The position numbers and the translations under genes are program-made. A stretch of DNA of 27,205 nt, taken from positions 1 through 27,205 of IMG/VR virus record IMGVR_UViG_3300027533_000076; one strand, 5' to 3'. This document shows positions 24,526-27,205 of the stretch, in pieces. Position 1 is the first letter of the stretch, and each line of letters opens with the position of its first letter. The DNA is from a virus (Duplodnaviria; Caudoviricetes). The notes under the pieces are model-generated. The model saw only the letters and a program-made list of their open reading frames with translations, was not told the DNA's origin and ran no database searches.

Positions 24526-26986
24526 GAGGGATAAGAAGCTCCCACGGCGACTCACGTGGTACTACGTGGGTGTTGTGAATGTTGGGGCCGACCTTGATTT
24601 CAACAGCGATGTTCGGACCACCTGCCATCTTCGGGCGTTCCATAACCTCACGCACCAATCGTGTAACCTCGAGTTCATATCGCAGATCGTACTCCACCCA
24701 AATCGCATCATGCACGTCCAATAGGAAGTACGAGTTGTACTCGGTGAGCTTGGTGGCTAGTTCGAGTGCGCTAACGAGTACGTGGTCCGATGCGTTGGAC
24801 TGGATAGGGAAGTTGATCGCCTGGCGTAGGGAGTCGGTATCCAAGATCACTGGGAAGTGCATCTTGCGTCCGAACTCAGTCCACAGTTCACCCTGTCGGC
24901 GTGCTGTGGTTTCGATCATGCGTGTCCACTTCGTGAATTCAGGATAGCCCGACCAGAAGTTGCGGATCAATTCCATCGCCTCGCGATACGAGACGCCGAG
25001 CCCCATAGGGGGAGGTGCGCCCACCTTATCAGGTCCACCACCATACATGAGTGTATAGCGTAGCTTCTTAGCACCCTGCCGCTTCACGTCCCATTCGTGG
25101 TTCTTGCGGTGGTTGGGAAAGCCGTAGTCGAACCTGGAAATCTTGAACGCGATCTCAGCCGTGGCAGAATGGATATCGCCCGAAAGCAGTTGTTCTAGCA
25201 TGACTGAGTCCTGCGACAGGAACCAGCCTACCCAAGCTTCGATCTGTTCGTAGTCAGCCTTGAGCATCCCATGCGTAGCGGGATTGTGGGGTATGAAGAT
25301 GGATTCGATCTCAGCGTATTCAGCACCCACGGTGTACGGTTGCGGGATGGTCTGCATAGGTGGTCGCTTGTACGTGCGTCGTCCAGTACGTGCGGTGTGG
25401 AATTGGCCTGATGGATGGATCGCTCCATCGAGTTTCAGTTCGTTCTGAATCTGGAACACGAAGTCCATCATACCGTCTAGCGTACGGAACGTGCGTAGCT
25501 TCTGTGCGAATGGATGGTCTAGTTGCTCGAGCACCTCCTTGTCGGTCGAGGGGCGTGGGGCTGTACGCACGCCACCTCTAGTCATCTTGATAGGCTCGAG
25601 GCCCAACGTCTCGAAGAAGAACTTGGAGAGCTGCAACGGGCTACCCAGGTTGATTTCATCGGGGTAGCCTAGTGCGCTAGCTTCCGCCTTCATATCGGCT
25701 TCCATACCGATCCATCGAGGCATCCACGTTTCCCAGCCTAGTTGGATAAGCTTATGATGGTCAATGTTGATGCCTCGGTATTGTGCATCGCGATAAACGT
25801 TGTACGCGGGTATGAGTATGTCGTAGTAGAGTTTGGTGGTTCCCTCGCGTACCATGCGCTCGTGTAGTATAGGGTCGGTCCGTCCGGTGTACACAACATC
25901 GGCTGAGTTGTATCGGTCAACCACCTCCGGCGGCAGTTTGTGCATTGAGCCATTCTTCTTGTGGCTTTCTAGGGGGGCGTCGTACCAACCGGCGCCTTGG
26001 TACTCTCGAGCCAGAGTCTTAAGCCCGTGGTGGCCTGCTCGCTCGTCAACGCAATATGACTTGAGACCGAGGTCCTCAGAGATTCGTAGGCGCTGTCCAA
26101 GGTGTCGCCATATTCCCATAGTGTCGTAGACACCGAACTGGAACTCCCATCGTACTCCGTCAGGAAAACGCAAGCCATCGGCCCAGGCTCCTGGTCGGAA
26201 CGTATATACGTACTCTCTTCCACTATCCTCCCGCCACCGAAATCCCACACGCAGGAGCTCTTCTGTGAAAACGTCAGTGTCGGATTCGTCGGTTGTTTTC
26301 GAGTTCGTTTCAATGTCGATGACTGTGAGGGTCCCGCGGGGGATAGAGTCAAGGATGGCTTGGGCTTGTGCAGGGTCGCTGACCATCTCGTAGTCGAAGT
26401 TTGCGATCGAGCCGTCACGAGGCCACTCCAGTATCATTGGTATTTTGTCGAAGTCTCGGATCAGGTCCTGAGCCATGCTCATGCTCTGGGCACGTAATAC
26501 GCCAGCTGGGTGGCGCGTTGTCAGGACATAGGAATTGAATTCGTCGGACCAGAGTACACTTCCCAGGATATTCTTGGTTTTCCTGGGCAGGCCCGTAAGT
26601 CGTGACGTTACGATCTGGCCTAACGAGATTATCAAGCGTGGTTGGATAGAACGGATCTCTTCGGTGAACCGTGTTGCGCACCGGGCAATCTCCTCATCGG
26701 TCGGATCGTTCTTCCACCAGCATATCAGATTCGTAGCGTACGTCTTGGATCGGGGCCAGTCGCACATTTGGAGCATGGAGTCCATGAACTGGCCGGACGC
26801 CCCTACGAACGGGCGTCCCGTTTCGACTTCACGTCCACCGGGGGCAATGCCTACTAATACCACGCCGTAGCTAGGATCGCCATACCCTCTACAGGTCCCT
26901 CTGTGACACTCCGGGCCCGCTATCGGACCACCCGGTAGAGGGGGGTAGTGGTGGGGGTTGTTGATGGGCGCAGTCGGTATCGTCAT
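24512..26986 (-). CDS. Family A DNA polymerase with 3'-5' exonuclease and N-terminal family-4 uracil-DNA glycosylase-like domain (SPO1-type architecture)
   Basis: UDG: VGIAPG, GRPFVGASG, TN, HPAGVLR. Exonuclease: DIET, YD, YNSAD. Polymerase: STDKEVL, RTGR, ADYEQIE, RQGAKKLRYTLMYG, NFPIQS, VHDA. Confidence 0.93.
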   Translation of the reverse strand: MTIPTAPINNPHHYPPLPGGPIAGPECHRGTCRGYGDPSYGVVLVGIAPGGREVETGRPFVGASGQFMDSMLQMCDWPRSKTYATNLICWWKNDPTDEEIARCATRFTEEIRSIQPRLIISLGQIVTSRLTGLPRKTKNILGSVLWSDEFNSYVLTTRHPAGVLRAQSMSMAQDLIRDFDKIPMILEWPRDGSIANFDYEMVSDPAQAQAILDSIPRGTLTVIDIETNSKTTDESDTDVFTEELLRVGFRWREDSGREYVYTFRPGAWADGLRFPDGVRWEFQFGVYDTMGIWRHLGQRLRISEDLGLKSYCVDERAGHHGLKTLAREYQGAGWYDAPLESHKKNGSMHKLPPEVVDRYNSADVVYTGRTDPILHERMVREGTTKLYYDILIPAYNVYRDAQYRGINIDHHKLIQLGWETWMPRWIGMEADMKAEASALGYPDEINLGSPLQLSKFFFETLGLEPIKMTRGGVRTAPRPSTDKEVLEQLDHPFAQKLRTFRTLDGMMDFVFQIQNELKLDGAIHPSGQFHTARTGRRTYKRPPMQTIPQPYTVGAEYAEIESIFIPHNPATHGMLKADYEQIEAWVGWFLSQDSVMLEQLLSGDIHSATAEIAFKISRFDYGFPNHRKNHEWDVKRQGAKKLRYTLMYGGGPDKVGAPPPMGLGVSYREAMELIRNFWSGYPEFTKWTRMIETTARRQGELWTEFGRKMHFPVILDTDSLRQAINFPIQSNASDHVLVSALELATKLTEYNSYFLLDVHDAIWVEYDLRYELEVTRLVREVMERPKMAGGPNIAVEIKVGPNIHNTHVVPRESPWELLIPHATH

Positions 26987-27101
26987 GTTCGTCGATGGTA
27001 ATCAAACATTCAAAGCAAGTCCATTCTGCACACACGGGGCACGTGCGTGCTTCGTTCGACCCACAGGTCTTACACGAGGGCCACTCTACGATGTGGTTCA
27101 T
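26889..27101 (-). CDS. Small Cys-rich (Zn-finger) protein
   Basis: CKTC, CPVC, CFEC, H...C; ATGA coupling with the upstream ORF; its tail overlaps the polymerase start. Confidence 0.55.
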   Translation of the reverse strand: MNHIVEWPSCKTCGSNEARTCPVCAEWTCFECLITIDEHDDTDCAHQQPPPLPPSTGWSDSGPGVSQRDL

Positions 27102-27205
27102 TCTCGATAGTCGTCGTAGACTTCGATCCCCATTATGCTAGTGCCGTCGGGTTCGTAATCGTCCCTTAGGATGAGATCGTGCCCTTCGCTCTTCAGCAAC
27201 TCAAT
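27098..27205 (-). CDS. Hypothetical protein, C-terminal fragment (truncated by window)
   Basis: IELLKSEGHDLILRDDYEPDGTSIMGIEVYDDYRE*; stop overlaps the next ATG. Confidence 0.55.
   Translation of the reverse strand: MELLKSEGHDLILRDDYEPDGTSIMGIEVYDDYRE

Overview
A 27.2-kb segment of a tailed dsDNA (siphovirus-like) phage or prophage with two convergent arms; the host cannot be determined from this window. The + strand (1-19842) carries a glycosyltransferase/methyltransferase cluster (a partial GT2, a complete GT2, a short SAM-MTase-like ORF and an 875-aa GT4-GT2-GT2 fusion with an extra C-terminal module). A perfect sigma70-type promoter follows, then DUF1360, putative neck proteins, a probable tail tube fused to an Asp-box beta-propeller, a tail assembly chaperone with a candidate +1 frameshift (UCU_UUU_CGG), a 1387-aa tape measure, a frameshifted FN3-like/beta-helix/malectin/Dit protein, minor tail proteins and a membrane-protein-rich lysis region. 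The - strand (19848-27205) carries a UDG-fused family A DNA polymerase, a RuvC-like resolvase, small Zn-ribbon ORFs, a ParB-like protein, an ABC-ATPase-GNAT fusion and, unexpectedly, the baseplate hub (Gp37/Tal-like) gene with its small partner. An 18-bp palindrome CTTTTCCA-WW-TGGAAAAG with parS-like geometry occurs three times (1195, 7601, 21780). The main candidate systems are a virion (or DNA) glycosylation module and a ParB/palindrome/ABC-GNAT module. All calls rest on motif recognition and gene order; no database searches were run.
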